Source of the DNA: a virus
Lineage: Duplodnaviria > Heunggongvirae > Uroviricota > Caudoviricetes
Strand: one strand, 5' to 3'
DNA: 64,000 bases
IMG/VR virus record: IMGVR_UViG_3300037512_000782
Span: 32,001-96,000 of that record
The notes under the pieces were generated by a model. That model saw only the letters and a list, made by a program, of their open reading frames with translations, had not been told where the DNA came from and searched no databases. This document shows positions 28,876 to 39,111 of this stretch, piece by piece (positions within the stretch are counted from its first letter, which is position 1; every line of letters starts with the position of its first letter). A program made the position numbers and the translations under genes.

Positions 28876-30051
28876 CTAGAATGGCAGTTCGGTATCGTCG
28901 TCATCGCCTTCTGGCAACTGGTTGGCCATCGCAGCGGCGGTAGCGGCCTGAGCGGCAGCGCGACGTGCGGCGAACGCATTGTTAGCAGCCGGAGCTTCTT
29001 GTGCCGGAGCAGCGCTAGCGCCGCTTACGAGCATTTCGTCTTCGTCTGGTTCCTTTGCGGGGGCTGGATCCATGTCGGCGGAGTTGCCGAGGAAGTCAGC
29101 ACCAGCAACCTTGGTAGTTGCACGGTTGGCGTAATTCGGATTCGGAGCCGCGCCGAAGCTAGCGTTGCTGGCCGTGAAGCCACCTTCGCCATCACCAGCG
29201 GACTGAGCGTTGGATGCCTTCTCAAGGAATTCACGCCACTTAGCGGCAGCAGTTGCTTCGTCCGGAATATCGGCCAAGAACTTTGTTAAGTCATGGCAGT
29301 TATTGAGGATTTCGAGCATTTCTTCCTTCGTGTCAGCGAGCGGAGTCGATTCTGCCACGTAGTCAGAGCCGTCGTAAGAAGTCATGTTCTTTGCAGCATC
29401 CCAGCTGACAATAACACCAAAGTCGACACCCTTGGTCGGAGAGTGAGGAATGAACTTGCGGCGTTCCTTCTTCATCTTGGCCAAAGCGCCCTTGGCTGGG
29501 GCACCATTTGCATTCTGGACTTCAGCTTCGACACTGTCATCGAACGGGGCTCGTAACGTGCGTTCCACAGCGTCGCTGTGACGCCACACGAGAACCTTAC
29601 CATTGTTGGCAGACTTGTTATCGTCTTCACGAACGAGGATGTTCGTATGCCATTCCGGACGAGCAGTCATGCCAGTCCATACCTTGAGGTGCTTGTCACC
29701 CTTTTCGTACTTCTTGGCGAGTTCGTTATAGCGATCCCAAATTGCGCGGCAGATGGGGCAGTCCTGGCCCGGTGTGTTACGGCAGCACTTCACTTCCATG
29801 TGAACGCCATTCAACTTGAGGTGGTGATAAAGAACCTTCACGCTCGGATAGGTCTTGTTCTTGACGCCTTCGATACCTTGCGGCAGAAGACGGATGATTG
29901 CGCTGTAGCTAGGATTGCGCTTGCTCACGCTAGGCTTCCAGCGAGTCGGGTCAACTTTGCCACCAATCGAAGTGGCTTCGTCGAGGTTGGACACGGTGTC
30001 GATGTCGAGATCGAGAAAATCGGCATCAGCTTGGGTATTCTTGGTAGTCAT
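28876..30051 (-). CDS. gp32: Single-stranded DNA-binding protein (gp32-like)
   Basis: D.TRWKP, AIIRLLP, CPIC, NILV.ED...NGKV, acidic tail ending DDDDTELPF. Confidence 0.92.
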   Translation of the reverse strand: MTTKNTQADADFLDLDIDTVSNLDEATSIGGKVDPTRWKPSVSKRNPSYSAIIRLLPQGIEGVKNKTYPSVKVLYHHLKLNGVHMEVKCCRNTPGQDCPICRAIWDRYNELAKKYEKGDKHLKVWTGMTARPEWHTNILVREDDNKSANNGKVLVWRHSDAVERTLRAPFDDSVEAEVQNANGAPAKGALAKMKKERRKFIPHSPTKGVDFGVIVSWDAAKNMTSYDGSDYVAESTPLADTKEEMLEILNNCHDLTKFLADIPDEATAAAKWREFLEKASNAQSAGDGEGGFTASNASFGAAPNPNYANRATTKVAGADFLGNSADMDPAPAKEPDEDEMLVSGASAAPAQEAPAANNAFAARRAAAQAATAAAMANQLPEGDDDDTELPF

Positions 30052-30074
30052 GGGGATTACTCCTTGGATATCAT

Positions 30075-30144
30075 TGGTTTAACTTAGGGTTATTTATGGT
30101 TTAACGTGTTTTGGTGATTTTGTTGTAGCTGACCACCAACAGCT
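30075..30144 (-). promoter_or_regulatory. Gene-32-type translational operator: H-type pseudoknot plus unstructured repeat leader
   Basis: mRNA AGCUG-U-UGGUGGU-CAGCU-ACAACAAA-AUCACCA, followed by two GUUAAACCA repeats before the AAGGAG RBS. Confidence 0.8.
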
Positions 30145-30150
30145 GGACAA

Positions 30151-30179
30151 ATAGTAGAAAGAATAAATTTGAATTGCAA
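30151..30179 (-). promoter_or_regulatory. Early/middle promoter TTGCAA-17-TACTAT
   Basis: TTGCAATTCAAA element; predicted start just 5' of the pseudoknot. Confidence 0.75.
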
Positions 30180-30184
30180 ATCGG

Positions 30185-30853
30185 CTATTTTGACGCTTTT
30201 TCGGCGCTTTCTTTGTTGTGAGTCAACAAGAGCATTGCGTCATGACGCTTCAATGCGGCATCAACTTGTTCTTCGAGGTTTTCTGGAAGTTCGAAGTCGA
30301 GATCGTCAAGGTGAGCTTCCTTCAATGAGGCAGTCACTTCGTCCATCAAGGAATCGAAATCCCATGTCAACTGCTTGGAAATTACGTTGTTGATAACGCA
30401 AAGATCGGAGAACTTCGCGGCATCACCAACCAGCTTCTCGTTGTCGACTTCTTCCACATTGTTCGGATCGAAATCGTCCTTGATATGCAGAGAACCGTCT
30501 TCATCGATGTCGAGAACATTTGCAGCATCTTCGTCGGTCATGGCAGTTTCTTGCTTGACTTCCTCGTCGTCGCGAGCGTATTCTTCAGCAATCTGCATGT
30601 AGCTTTTGCCGATGAACGGATTGCGCTTCTGCTGCTCCACGAGCCACTTGTTGTAGGCTTCGGTACGAACCATCACGCCAGTACCAGCGCCGCCGAAACC
30701 TTCTCCGTCCTTACCGGAACCGGAGCCGATGTTCACGATGGCCTTGGTAAGTTCATCACGCTTTTCGAGTGCGGTCTTTTCGTACTCGGCGTTATCCTTT
30801 TCGTGCTGGTCGACAATCTTCTTGTACTTAGATCCAAACTTAAAATGTGACAT
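30185..30853 (-). CDS. Hypothetical acidic protein
   Basis: 222-aa ORF with AGGTTTT RBS. Confidence 0.7.
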   Translation of the reverse strand: MSHFKFGSKYKKIVDQHEKDNAEYEKTALEKRDELTKAIVNIGSGSGKDGEGFGGAGTGVMVRTEAYNKWLVEQQKRNPFIGKSYMQIAEEYARDDEEVKQETAMTDEDAANVLDIDEDGSLHIKDDFDPNNVEEVDNEKLVGDAAKFSDLCVINNVISKQLTWDFDSLMDEVTASLKEAHLDDLDFELPENLEEQVDAALKRHDAMLLLTHNKESAEKASK

Positions 30854-30867
30854 ACAAAACCTAAAAA

Positions 30868-31389
30868 CTAATCGTTCAATCCCGCCATAATAAAGGCTTC
30901 TTCTTCTGGATCTTCTTCAGTAAGTTTATCAAGATACTCTTGCGAGAGCTTGATCGGCTCGCTGATTTCTTGTTCAGATTCATCGGCACGAGTAGCGGCG
31001 TTCTCGATATCCGATTCAGAAGCGTTGATGCCAGCCTCCTTCGCTACCAGCAGCTTGATATCCATATCAAGCATCGCCGCCAGCTTATTCGCGTCCACCA
31101 TCTTCTCGATGGCGACCAACAGCTGCATCATGCCAAAGTCCTTCTTACAAAACTTGTTGTACATCCACCAGAGGCCAGCATTTATCTTCTCGCTGTACTT
31201 CTTCAAGGTAGCTTCGGGCATGGTAAGAACCAAGCAAGCGTCACCCGGAAATCTCGGTGTCTTCAAGTATTCATCAAAGACTTCGCGAATCTTGCCGTGT
31301 CGAGAGTCATCCAGTTCGATGTCCTCCAACTGGACAACTTCTTCATCAGCGTCGTCAGTTAAATATTTCCCCAGTACGTCCATAGACAT
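30868..31389 (-). CDS. Hypothetical protein, possible late-transcription coactivator gp33-like
   Basis: DANKLAAMLDMDIKLLVAKEAGI resembles the gp33 core; lies near gp32 as in T4. Confidence 0.35.
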   Translation of the reverse strand: MSMDVLGKYLTDDADEEVVQLEDIELDDSRHGKIREVFDEYLKTPRFPGDACLVLTMPEATLKKYSEKINAGLWWMYNKFCKKDFGMMQLLVAIEKMVDANKLAAMLDMDIKLLVAKEAGINASESDIENAATRADESEQEISEPIKLSQEYLDKLTEEDPEEEAFIMAGLND

Positions 31390-31418
31390 TTCCTATTGGA
31401 GTTACTGGAGAAATTACT

Positions 31419-32921
31419 TTAAAACTGGCTGTAAATACTCTGCATGCTCGCTACGGCAGCTTGCTGCTTGTCGTTCAACTTCTGGCCTCTAGGGGCACCG
31501 CCACCACGATTTCCGCCGCCAGTACCCACACGGACATTCTGATTCATGCCACCAGTCGCCTCGGCAGCGATCTGGGCTTGGGTAAGGGCATCGGTGTAAG
31601 CGGCGATATCGTCCGTAGTTGCGTCATACCAGCGCATCGTATTGTAGTCGTACTTCGTGTAGAACATGACTTCGTTTTCGCCGAAGCGGTTCTTCTTCAC
31701 GAAGTTGGCGTACATATTCTGCTTCTTCAAGAGGTCGTCACGAGTAATCGTAATCATGATGTCGGCGGTTTCAGCAAAGCCAGCTGAACCAGACACCGAT
31801 TCGAGACCAGCATCGAGCCTAGAGTAGCCAGAACGGTTGAACTGGACTGCGGAAATGCCGACCATGTTGCGGTCGATGCAAAGTTCGCGGATCTGTTCGG
31901 CCTTCTCTTGGCCATCGAGGTACATGCTTTCCATCGTGCGGTGAGTACGGTTCGGCTTCATGATGCCGATGTAGTCCACCACGAGGACATCCGGATTCTT
32001 CTTGTAGATGGAGTAGAACTGGTCGACACGAGCTTCGATTTCTGCCGGAGTCGTAGTCGTCTTCATACGGATAACCTTCAAGCGGCCAAGGCGCTCGACA
32101 CCAGGTATCTTCGTATTCTCGATAAGCTTACGACATTCGTCGACAGAGAGGTCGGCCACTTCGTACTGCGGCACACCAGTAAGGTTGGCGGCAAGACGAC
32201 GCCATACGTATTCTTCGGAAAGTTCCAGAGAAATGTAAAGCACGTCGTAGCCGTAACGTATAAAGTTACAAGCATCGGAACCCATCACAAGCGACTTACC
32301 GACGTTGGGCTGGCCAACGAACAAGGTCATCGTCTTGCGAGGATATCCACCAGAGTTGGGGTCTGTCTTGACTTGAGCCGTGTACTGATTGATAGGGCCG
32401 ATTGCGGAACGAATCGGATGTGACATTTCCTTCAATCTGCGCTGTGCTTCCTCGATGTCTTCGACGAGGTCGAGACCCAATCCCATGTGGAGACTGAAGT
32501 TCAGCCTATCACGGAGAACTGGAAGCAAGTCACGGATTTTCTCGGTATCATTGTCGTACAATGCAGTCGCGGCATCGCGCAACGCATTTTCCGTCGCCTT
32601 CTCTTGATAGAAGTTTTCAAGCAAAGTAATGACGTAGTCCTGTTTCATGTACGGAACTTCGGCATTACAGATAGCAAGCAGCTTCTGTCGAGCAGTTTCG
32701 CTCAATCCGCTGTTGGCGAGACCGACGATAAGCTCTTGCGCTTGCGGCCTACGGTTATACTTGCGGATGAACTTTCGGATGATACCAATAAGGGTTTTGT
32801 TCGTAGCATCGGAATAGAGCTTGTCATCAAGGAACGACACCATCTTAGGAGCTATGTCGAAGTCCATAAGATAAGTGCGGAGAACAAGGTCTTCCCTAGT
32901 CAAATCATATACAGCAGCCAT
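31419..32921 (-). CDS. gp41: Replicative helicase (gp41/DnaB-like)
   Basis: GQPNVGKS, YISLEL, VVDYIGIM, SAVQFNRSG, KNRFG. Confidence 0.94.
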   Translation of the reverse strand: MAAVYDLTREDLVLRTYLMDFDIAPKMVSFLDDKLYSDATNKTLIGIIRKFIRKYNRRPQAQELIVGLANSGLSETARQKLLAICNAEVPYMKQDYVITLLENFYQEKATENALRDAATALYDNDTEKIRDLLPVLRDRLNFSLHMGLGLDLVEDIEEAQRRLKEMSHPIRSAIGPINQYTAQVKTDPNSGGYPRKTMTLFVGQPNVGKSLVMGSDACNFIRYGYDVLYISLELSEEYVWRRLAANLTGVPQYEVADLSVDECRKLIENTKIPGVERLGRLKVIRMKTTTTPAEIEARVDQFYSIYKKNPDVLVVDYIGIMKPNRTHRTMESMYLDGQEKAEQIRELCIDRNMVGISAVQFNRSGYSRLDAGLESVSGSAGFAETADIMITITRDDLLKKQNMYANFVKKNRFGENEVMFYTKYDYNTMRWYDATTDDIAAYTDALTQAQIAAEATGGMNQNVRVGTGGGNRGGGAPRGQKLNDKQQAAVASMQSIYSQF

Positions 32922-32938
32922 AAGTACTCACAAGATAA

Positions 32939-32956
32939 CGCACCCTTTCGGGTGCG
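32939..32956. terminator. Hairpin between uvsX and gp41
   Basis: CGCACCC-TTTC-GGGTGCG. Confidence 0.55.
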
Positions 32957-32972
32957 ATTGAAACAGCAAAGA

Positions 32973-34238
32973 TTAGTCTTCGCCGTTGACTCCCTTGCGC
33001 AAGCTTTCAGCCTTCGCAGCATCGGCGAGATTCAAGTCTTCGATTGCTTCGTCGATTTCGGAATCTTCGACTTCTGGAGCATCGTTGTCTTCGGCAGAAC
33101 CGAGTGAAGGCGGACGGAACTTGTATTCCTTCTTCACGTACTCGTTGATTTCTTCGAGGATAGTGCCGATGTATTCCTTGCGGTCAACCTTGCTGGCAAG
33201 GCAGACGATCCAGTCCTTCGGATCCTTCTTCTTGTCCATGATGACGTAGCAAGTCTTGCGAGTCTTCTGGCCGTTACCGTCCTTCGGCATCTTCTCAACG
33301 AGTTCTGGATACTTGGAAGCAGAGAACTCTTCGATGAGGCCAGCGTCGAGAGCGACGTTGTGCAAGCCGTAGAACTTGTTCAGACCAGTGTTGTAGTCAA
33401 GATAGAGCATGGCGGTCTTCCTGGGCTTCACCATACGGCTCTTGAACACGGTGGCTTCAAGGATGATACCCTTGACTTCCTTGGTGTTGCGGTCAGGCAC
33501 GTCGAGAGTCTTGCGCATCGTCAAGATGACGGAAGCGAAGTACTTGGCACCTTCACCGTTAGCGATGCGCTTCGGATCACCGTAGCCATCGGTAGCCATG
33601 TAAATGTGGTTGGTAATGAACATCGGAATGCCGAGGTTTCCGCAGCGGTTCGTGATGTTCGTGAACATGGCCTTGACCACCTTGGCCTTGGTCATGTCTT
33701 GCTTGAGTTCGCCCTTCGTGGCGTCGTTCGTAGTCTTCTTGGTAGACATACCGCCGAGAGAGTCGAGAACGAACGCAACCTTACGTTCATTCTTCATCTT
33801 CTTGCCCTTATCGGCTTCGAGAGTGTCAAGAAGTTCAGCAATAGACACAAACACGTCCTCGGCAGTCGTATGCTCTTGGACGAGCTTGAACTGGTTCGGA
33901 TTGAAGCCGTTTTCTTCTATTAACTGGTCTTCATTGGTTTCGTGTTCGGTGTCGTAGTAGAAAATGTAGTAGCCCAAGTCCATCAAAGGCTTGATGAAGT
34001 TGTTCTTCATCATGTAGGACTTACCGGAGCCTTGTTCACCAGCGGCCATGAAGAATCTGTTGAGATGGAAGCCGCCGAAGATGTCGCCACATAGTAAGGC
34101 GTTCAGCATGTAGGAACCGGAATCGGCGTAGCCGTATTCTGGATGTTTGACGTTTGCGTCCGCATAACGGTCGCCCGTCTTGATTTTCTGGAAGAAGGAG
34201 AAATCGGGTTCAGCTGGGTTAGTTTTCTTTGTTGCCAT
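32973..34238 (-). CDS. uvsX: RecA-like recombinase UvsX
   Basis: DSGSYMLNALL, GEQGSGKS, YDTE, LDSLG, TNH.Y, KSR. Confidence 0.93.
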   Translation of the reverse strand: MATKKTNPAEPDFSFFQKIKTGDRYADANVKHPEYGYADSGSYMLNALLCGDIFGGFHLNRFFMAAGEQGSGKSYMMKNNFIKPLMDLGYYIFYYDTEHETNEDQLIEENGFNPNQFKLVQEHTTAEDVFVSIAELLDTLEADKGKKMKNERKVAFVLDSLGGMSTKKTTNDATKGELKQDMTKAKVVKAMFTNITNRCGNLGIPMFITNHIYMATDGYGDPKRIANGEGAKYFASVILTMRKTLDVPDRNTKEVKGIILEATVFKSRMVKPRKTAMLYLDYNTGLNKFYGLHNVALDAGLIEEFSASKYPELVEKMPKDGNGQKTRKTCYVIMDKKKDPKDWIVCLASKVDRKEYIGTILEEINEYVKKEYKFRPPSLGSAEDNDAPEVEDSEIDEAIEDLNLADAAKAESLRKGVNGED

Positions 34239-34306
34239 ATAGCTATTCCTTATGAATAAGTGTTATTACAGTATGCCTAGAAGCGGCTTATTGGATAACA
34301 GGTGAA

Positions 34307-34335
34307 AATTTAGTTCAAATCAATTTGAATTCCAA
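34307..34335 (-). promoter_or_regulatory. Early/middle promoter TTGGAA-17-TAAATT
   Basis: TTGGAATTCAAA element upstream of uvsX. Confidence 0.65.
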
Positions 34336-34341
34336 ACTGGC

Positions 34342-35274
34342 TCAAAACCGTAAATTTTGGGCATTTCCGGTTGGGAGCGCCAGTAAGTTTATACCTCCTT
34401 CCAGAGACTCCCACGCATCGGATAGGCTCATAATGGGTGTCATGAACACATCCACCTTGTCGAACTTGACCTTCGTCCAAGGGAACTTCATGGTCTTGAT
34501 TACCAGCGGTCGGCGTGTGAGTATAACGTACGGATTGAAGTCGTTCAACTTCTTCGCGTCGTACGTGCCCTCGATATTCTGCAAAGTCAGCATCGCGACG
34601 TTGTTCACTACCCCGGTTAGCTTAACAATGGGGGCAGACTCCTTGAGTTCCACGAACGCCAGCGTCTTGTTCTTGCCAAGCGTCATGAACAATTCCTCGT
34701 ACCGATGATCCTTTATTACGGACAAATACTGGCCGAGGTCGAAATAGCCCACCAGCTGGCGATGCTTAGGCATCTGGTAGCTGGTATAGACATACCTAGC
34801 GATAACTGGCTCATAGAGCTTACCGTTGTTATCACCTAGATGCACCATCATATTGTAGATGCCCTTCAAGTCCTTTCGGCCATACTGGCGCAGCGAAAAC
34901 GTACGTTTGGCAGAATCGAGTATGCGCAGATTATGCTCCGCGCCCAGATAAAACCGAGACACAAACGGAAATCCGCTTATATTGATACGAGAACTAGCCG
35001 GAAACGTATTCAATGCGGTAACCAAGCCACTCGGCGTACAGTCGACAGCCTTCACATAGTTATTGACGACGTGGATATCGACAGTACGGCCATCCAGTCG
35101 TACCGACGGACGGCTGATACCGAACTCATTTACATAGGGTGTATCGCTCTTGACAACGTAAGGCGCGAGCTGACCATTTTCAACCATGCCGAACTCGTCG
35201 GCTACTTCCATGTAGTCGGACAAGTAATTGTCAACATACACCACTTGTTTGGATCCGATCGTCTGTATGAACAT
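34342..35274 (-). CDS. Hypothetical protein
   Basis: 310 aa, coupled to the stop of the gp25-like gene. Confidence 0.7.
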   Translation of the reverse strand: MFIQTIGSKQVVYVDNYLSDYMEVADEFGMVENGQLAPYVVKSDTPYVNEFGISRPSVRLDGRTVDIHVVNNYVKAVDCTPSGLVTALNTFPASSRINISGFPFVSRFYLGAEHNLRILDSAKRTFSLRQYGRKDLKGIYNMMVHLGDNNGKLYEPVIARYVYTSYQMPKHRQLVGYFDLGQYLSVIKDHRYEELFMTLGKNKTLAFVELKESAPIVKLTGVVNNVAMLTLQNIEGTYDAKKLNDFNPYVILTRRPLVIKTMKFPWTKVKFDKVDVFMTPIMSLSDAWESLEGGINLLALPTGNAQNLRF

Positions 35275-37559
35275 TAGATCTTCCTACCACGGTTCTTGAA
35301 TGGGAGCCGTATCATCTCGGTACGAGCCGACGGCAGTACGACCGCTAGCAGCAAGTAGTACAAGTTCTCGCTATCGTCGAACTCGCAAGAACTCTGGTCG
35401 CCGTCGATAAAGACGCGAGGCTCGTACTCATGAACCTTCTGGATACATTCTTGGATAAGAGTCAATCCATCATCTTGAGAGCCAAGCTTGAACAAGCGCT
35501 GTTCGATGCCAGTGCCGAAGTTCTGACTGAACAAACGTTCACCTGGGTTCGTCAGCAAGATAGAGTAGACGTTCTGAATAAGGCTGGTCTCGTCAGTGAC
35601 TTCGGTCATGTTGACGAAGCCCATGTCGCGGTTATACAAGGCAGTACGGCCAACCAAGTCTGGGTCAACAATTCCCGGCTTCAACTTCTTCGCCAGCGGA
35701 ACGCTGCGCTGTACAGATGAATTGTCCACATAGACATAGGCATTTTCATTGGTCAACGGAATATGCTCAACATCGCTGCGCTTACGGTAAACCATAACGC
35801 TCAATGAACCGCCTACATCGTCTGGAACGACAACATCGAGATAAGTCGAATTGCCAGAAATAATCGGAACAAGCTTCGTACCGATCTCGACTTCATTAGC
35901 AAAGATCGACGTACCGAAATTATCGCTATCAGCGTATTTAGGAGTAATTCTCAATACTTGACCCGGTTCGGCAACTGACGAAGATAGCGTAATGTCAAAC
36001 GGTTCTGGGTTCTCACTCGATTCGCCAGCCGTGAAGATGATATACGGCCTATTCTCGGTAACGGCGTTGTTAGTCGATGCGAATGTCACCGACGGTTCAC
36101 CTTCGCCAATTATTCTCAACGCAATCGACGGCGTATAGGATGCGGTTCCAGACAACCACTCACGAACAATCACCGAATCCAGCGTAATGCCAACCGTCTT
36201 GTTGTAGCAATCTTCGGAAAGGTCTTCGCTGCTTGACAAAATGGCGGTATTATCCGGTCTCTTCAACGGATTCAGAATCTTGACACTACCAATCGGAATC
36301 TGCGTCACATGCTTGACCATTTCGTCATAAGACATGTTGGAGTTCCATCCAGCAGTGTCCATCTGGTACACCATCACGATAGCCTCGCTGTAATTCATGT
36401 CTTCGACATACAGCTTCAATTCTGCAGTAGCATCGTCCGCGCCGACAACCGAGTTCGGAGCAAACTGCATACAAACGATAGACTCGTGCTCACCACCAGC
36501 GCATACCAAGGTAGTCTGGTTTGTATGGTTCACATCATCAGCATCATTCACGACATAGGTATCGACCGACGGATTAACCATTTCAGTCATTCGCAAATGG
36601 TCGCCCAGCAAGGCATTAGTAACCATAACGCCAGCGCTAGGAGCCTTACGCTTACGAGACGATACAAATATCGGCCAGTTCACCGGGATGCTCTTTGACG
36701 GAATTCTAGGACAATAGACCAAACGCGCCGTCGCCATAGAGTCTTCAAGAATCGCATCGACCTTCACGATAACACCATGAATGTCAAGTACACGACACAT
36801 CACATTACCAATGCACAGCTGGTCATTAACTTGCAAAGAGGAGCTTAGTGCAATACATGAAAAGGCAGCAGTGCTATCACTTACTTTATTCAAAGTAACG
36901 TTACCGAAGTCGTAATAGCAGACTTCCCAAACGGATGCCGTGTATCCGTCAGCAGATATCTCTTTAGAACCCTCGACGGTCGTATAATGTCCAATATCGT
37001 ACTTGTATACCGTTCCAGACACCTTCGACACGCAGTATGTTCCGCAAATCCTCAAATCGTCTGGGCCAAGGACATGCTTCGATGCAAGTTCGGCATTGCC
37101 GATAGTAACCGCCGTACCGTCCGCGATTTCGTCGGTATCCAGCTCAACAAATACCTCGTGGCTCTGAACTAGGATTCGTCTGACCGCGATTTCATACATC
37201 TTGCGTTCGACCAAGATGTTCATCGGATTAACCGCGCTCATAATTGCGGATTCTGACGTTTCCGCAAAATTGCCGGAGAACCACCACATGTTTTCTCCGT
37301 TAGCTAGCGGTACAAGCAATTCCGTATTGAACTTGTGAATATCAATACGAGGCGGCCTAAACTCGCACATCCAGTCGTCATACGCAGTACAAGGAGCATC
37401 GACGGTAAGGCCATAACCTTCCTCACCATTATACTTCTGGCCGCTATTATACATCATGAAAAGTCGAGCACGATATTCAGACAGCTCATCGTCAGCGGTA
37501 AAGTTGACGGAGTATCCGACACGCTCATTCTGTGTTATTCTGCGTACATCCAACTGCAT
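35274..37559 (-). CDS. Baseplate wedge gp25-like domain with about 640 aa of N-terminal beta-rich domains
   Basis: C-terminal SLIQNVYSILLTNPGERLFSQNFGTGI..RLF...YEPRV is the canonical gp25/GPW motif. Confidence 0.8.
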   Translation of the reverse strand: MQLDVRRITQNERVGYSVNFTADDELSEYRARLFMMYNSGQKYNGEEGYGLTVDAPCTAYDDWMCEFRPPRIDIHKFNTELLVPLANGENMWWFSGNFAETSESAIMSAVNPMNILVERKMYEIAVRRILVQSHEVFVELDTDEIADGTAVTIGNAELASKHVLGPDDLRICGTYCVSKVSGTVYKYDIGHYTTVEGSKEISADGYTASVWEVCYYDFGNVTLNKVSDSTAAFSCIALSSSLQVNDQLCIGNVMCRVLDIHGVIVKVDAILEDSMATARLVYCPRIPSKSIPVNWPIFVSSRKRKAPSAGVMVTNALLGDHLRMTEMVNPSVDTYVVNDADDVNHTNQTTLVCAGGEHESIVCMQFAPNSVVGADDATAELKLYVEDMNYSEAIVMVYQMDTAGWNSNMSYDEMVKHVTQIPIGSVKILNPLKRPDNTAILSSSEDLSEDCYNKTVGITLDSVIVREWLSGTASYTPSIALRIIGEGEPSVTFASTNNAVTENRPYIIFTAGESSENPEPFDITLSSSVAEPGQVLRITPKYADSDNFGTSIFANEVEIGTKLVPIISGNSTYLDVVVPDDVGGSLSVMVYRKRSDVEHIPLTNENAYVYVDNSSVQRSVPLAKKLKPGIVDPDLVGRTALYNRDMGFVNMTEVTDETSLIQNVYSILLTNPGERLFSQNFGTGIEQRLFKLGSQDDGLTLIQECIQKVHEYEPRVFIDGDQSSCEFDDSENLYYLLLAVVLPSARTEMIRLPFKNRGRKI

Positions 37560-37572
37560 AGTACAACCTTCT

Positions 37573-39099
37573 CTATTCGCGAGCCATCATCGCGGCCATC
37601 TGTTCTTCGTCGAACTCATCGCCAGATCCACCGCCCATACTATAGGTCTCGACATTATCATTGGAGGACAAGTCAGCCACTTCTGGTGCCGACGGCTTTG
37701 CGCGTAATACCGACTTGTCGACGTCGACAGTCTCCGCCGTGGTTTCACCCATGCGGAGCGTACCGTAAGCTTTGTCAAGGATGCCCGGCAGCTGGCTATA
37801 GAATGCTTGCAAGGCGTTGGCCATCTGCGCAATCTTCTTTCCTTCGCTGGCGTTTGCATAGAATACCGTCTGAATCTTGTGTTCCAGCATAACTCTGGTT
37901 GTCATCGGAATCACGGCGATCTTGAACTGGCGAACGTTCTGACTACCGACATGGCACACGCGAATCTTAATATTCGTGTCAAACAACGCGCCAAGAACTT
38001 GCGTTACTTTCGTAATAGCGTTAAGTCGTTTCAGCCAGCCGTATTCGTCAGAATCATCAGTTGGTGCCGCATCCAGCGACAACCCCAAATTCGTATTGGA
38101 CACAAAGCGAGCAAGAGAATTATACATAGATAGCGTCGTCTTATTTAACGAAGCCATCGCAGCAATCTGGTTCTCGTCGCCACTCGTTTCACGCATCATG
38201 TCGGAAGCGTCATTCAACTGTTGCGCAAACGCCTTTTCAACCGTAGTCGTACCAGTAGACTTCGAAGAACTGCCACCGACAGATTTTTCGGTCGATACTA
38301 ATTTGGTCTTAACGGCTGAAGTCAAAGTAATATCGTTATAGAAATGCTGACTTTCTTCCGATCCAGTCTGGGTAAACAACTTATCCAGAATTTCGGTCTG
38401 GATGTTATCCAAACGGAGTGCATACGGAGTATTAGTCACCCCAGCCACAATCGTCGTCTTACGAATACCATACGCTGGCAGCAACGTTTTCTGAAGATAC
38501 TGCAAGCCTTTCAATCGGCCAGAAATGTACGATACGCCATCTGGACGTTTCTGTCCAAGCTTGTAGCTGCACAAATAGCCATCTTTATCCAATTTGTTTG
38601 CAGCCTCTGATTCGTCCATGCCGCCACGCATATAGTCATGGATTAGCGCAGTCGGGAGGAACCAAGCAGCTTGATCATGTATCTTACCACCAAGAGACAA
38701 CGTACGTTCAACATTCGTATTAACCCGCTTGTCATTAGTGATTACTGCATACGCACTGCCACTTCTGTTGTAGAACGAGTCATCACCATTACACGACTGT
38801 ATGATATACTTGATAAGCTGATCCCACGATTGTTCGGAGTCATATCGCTGCATGTCGCTGTCATGCTTATTTTGCGTCAACTCAGAAGACGGATTCATCG
38901 CAAGCTTGTGTTCTATCTGGGAAAGAACCAGCGGCTTCAATACGGCTTTCAATTCAGATTCGAAAGCTTCCGCGTCACTCTTTATACGACGGCGAACTTC
39001 TGGATTCACGCGAGCGTATTCAGTAAGAGCCAGCAAGTCAAGGTTGATAGCCCATAGAATCGGATTATCTTGTTTTTCTTCGGTGTGCTTCATAGCCAT
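37573..39099 (-). CDS. Hypothetical protein
   Basis: 508 aa with GGAG RBS; no recognised motif. Confidence 0.75.
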   Translation of the reverse strand: MAMKHTEEKQDNPILWAINLDLLALTEYARVNPEVRRRIKSDAEAFESELKAVLKPLVLSQIEHKLAMNPSSELTQNKHDSDMQRYDSEQSWDQLIKYIIQSCNGDDSFYNRSGSAYAVITNDKRVNTNVERTLSLGGKIHDQAAWFLPTALIHDYMRGGMDESEAANKLDKDGYLCSYKLGQKRPDGVSYISGRLKGLQYLQKTLLPAYGIRKTTIVAGVTNTPYALRLDNIQTEILDKLFTQTGSEESQHFYNDITLTSAVKTKLVSTEKSVGGSSSKSTGTTTVEKAFAQQLNDASDMMRETSGDENQIAAMASLNKTTLSMYNSLARFVSNTNLGLSLDAAPTDDSDEYGWLKRLNAITKVTQVLGALFDTNIKIRVCHVGSQNVRQFKIAVIPMTTRVMLEHKIQTVFYANASEGKKIAQMANALQAFYSQLPGILDKAYGTLRMGETTAETVDVDKSVLRAKPSAPEVADLSSNDNVETYSMGGGSGDEFDEEQMAAMMARE

Positions 39100-39111
39100 A
39101 ACACTACTCCC

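Noticed and set aside
16755-34238. Inteins or introns in gp43, gp41, UvsX or primase
   Set aside because: No C/S...HN splice ends, LAGLIDADG motifs or frame breaks seen.
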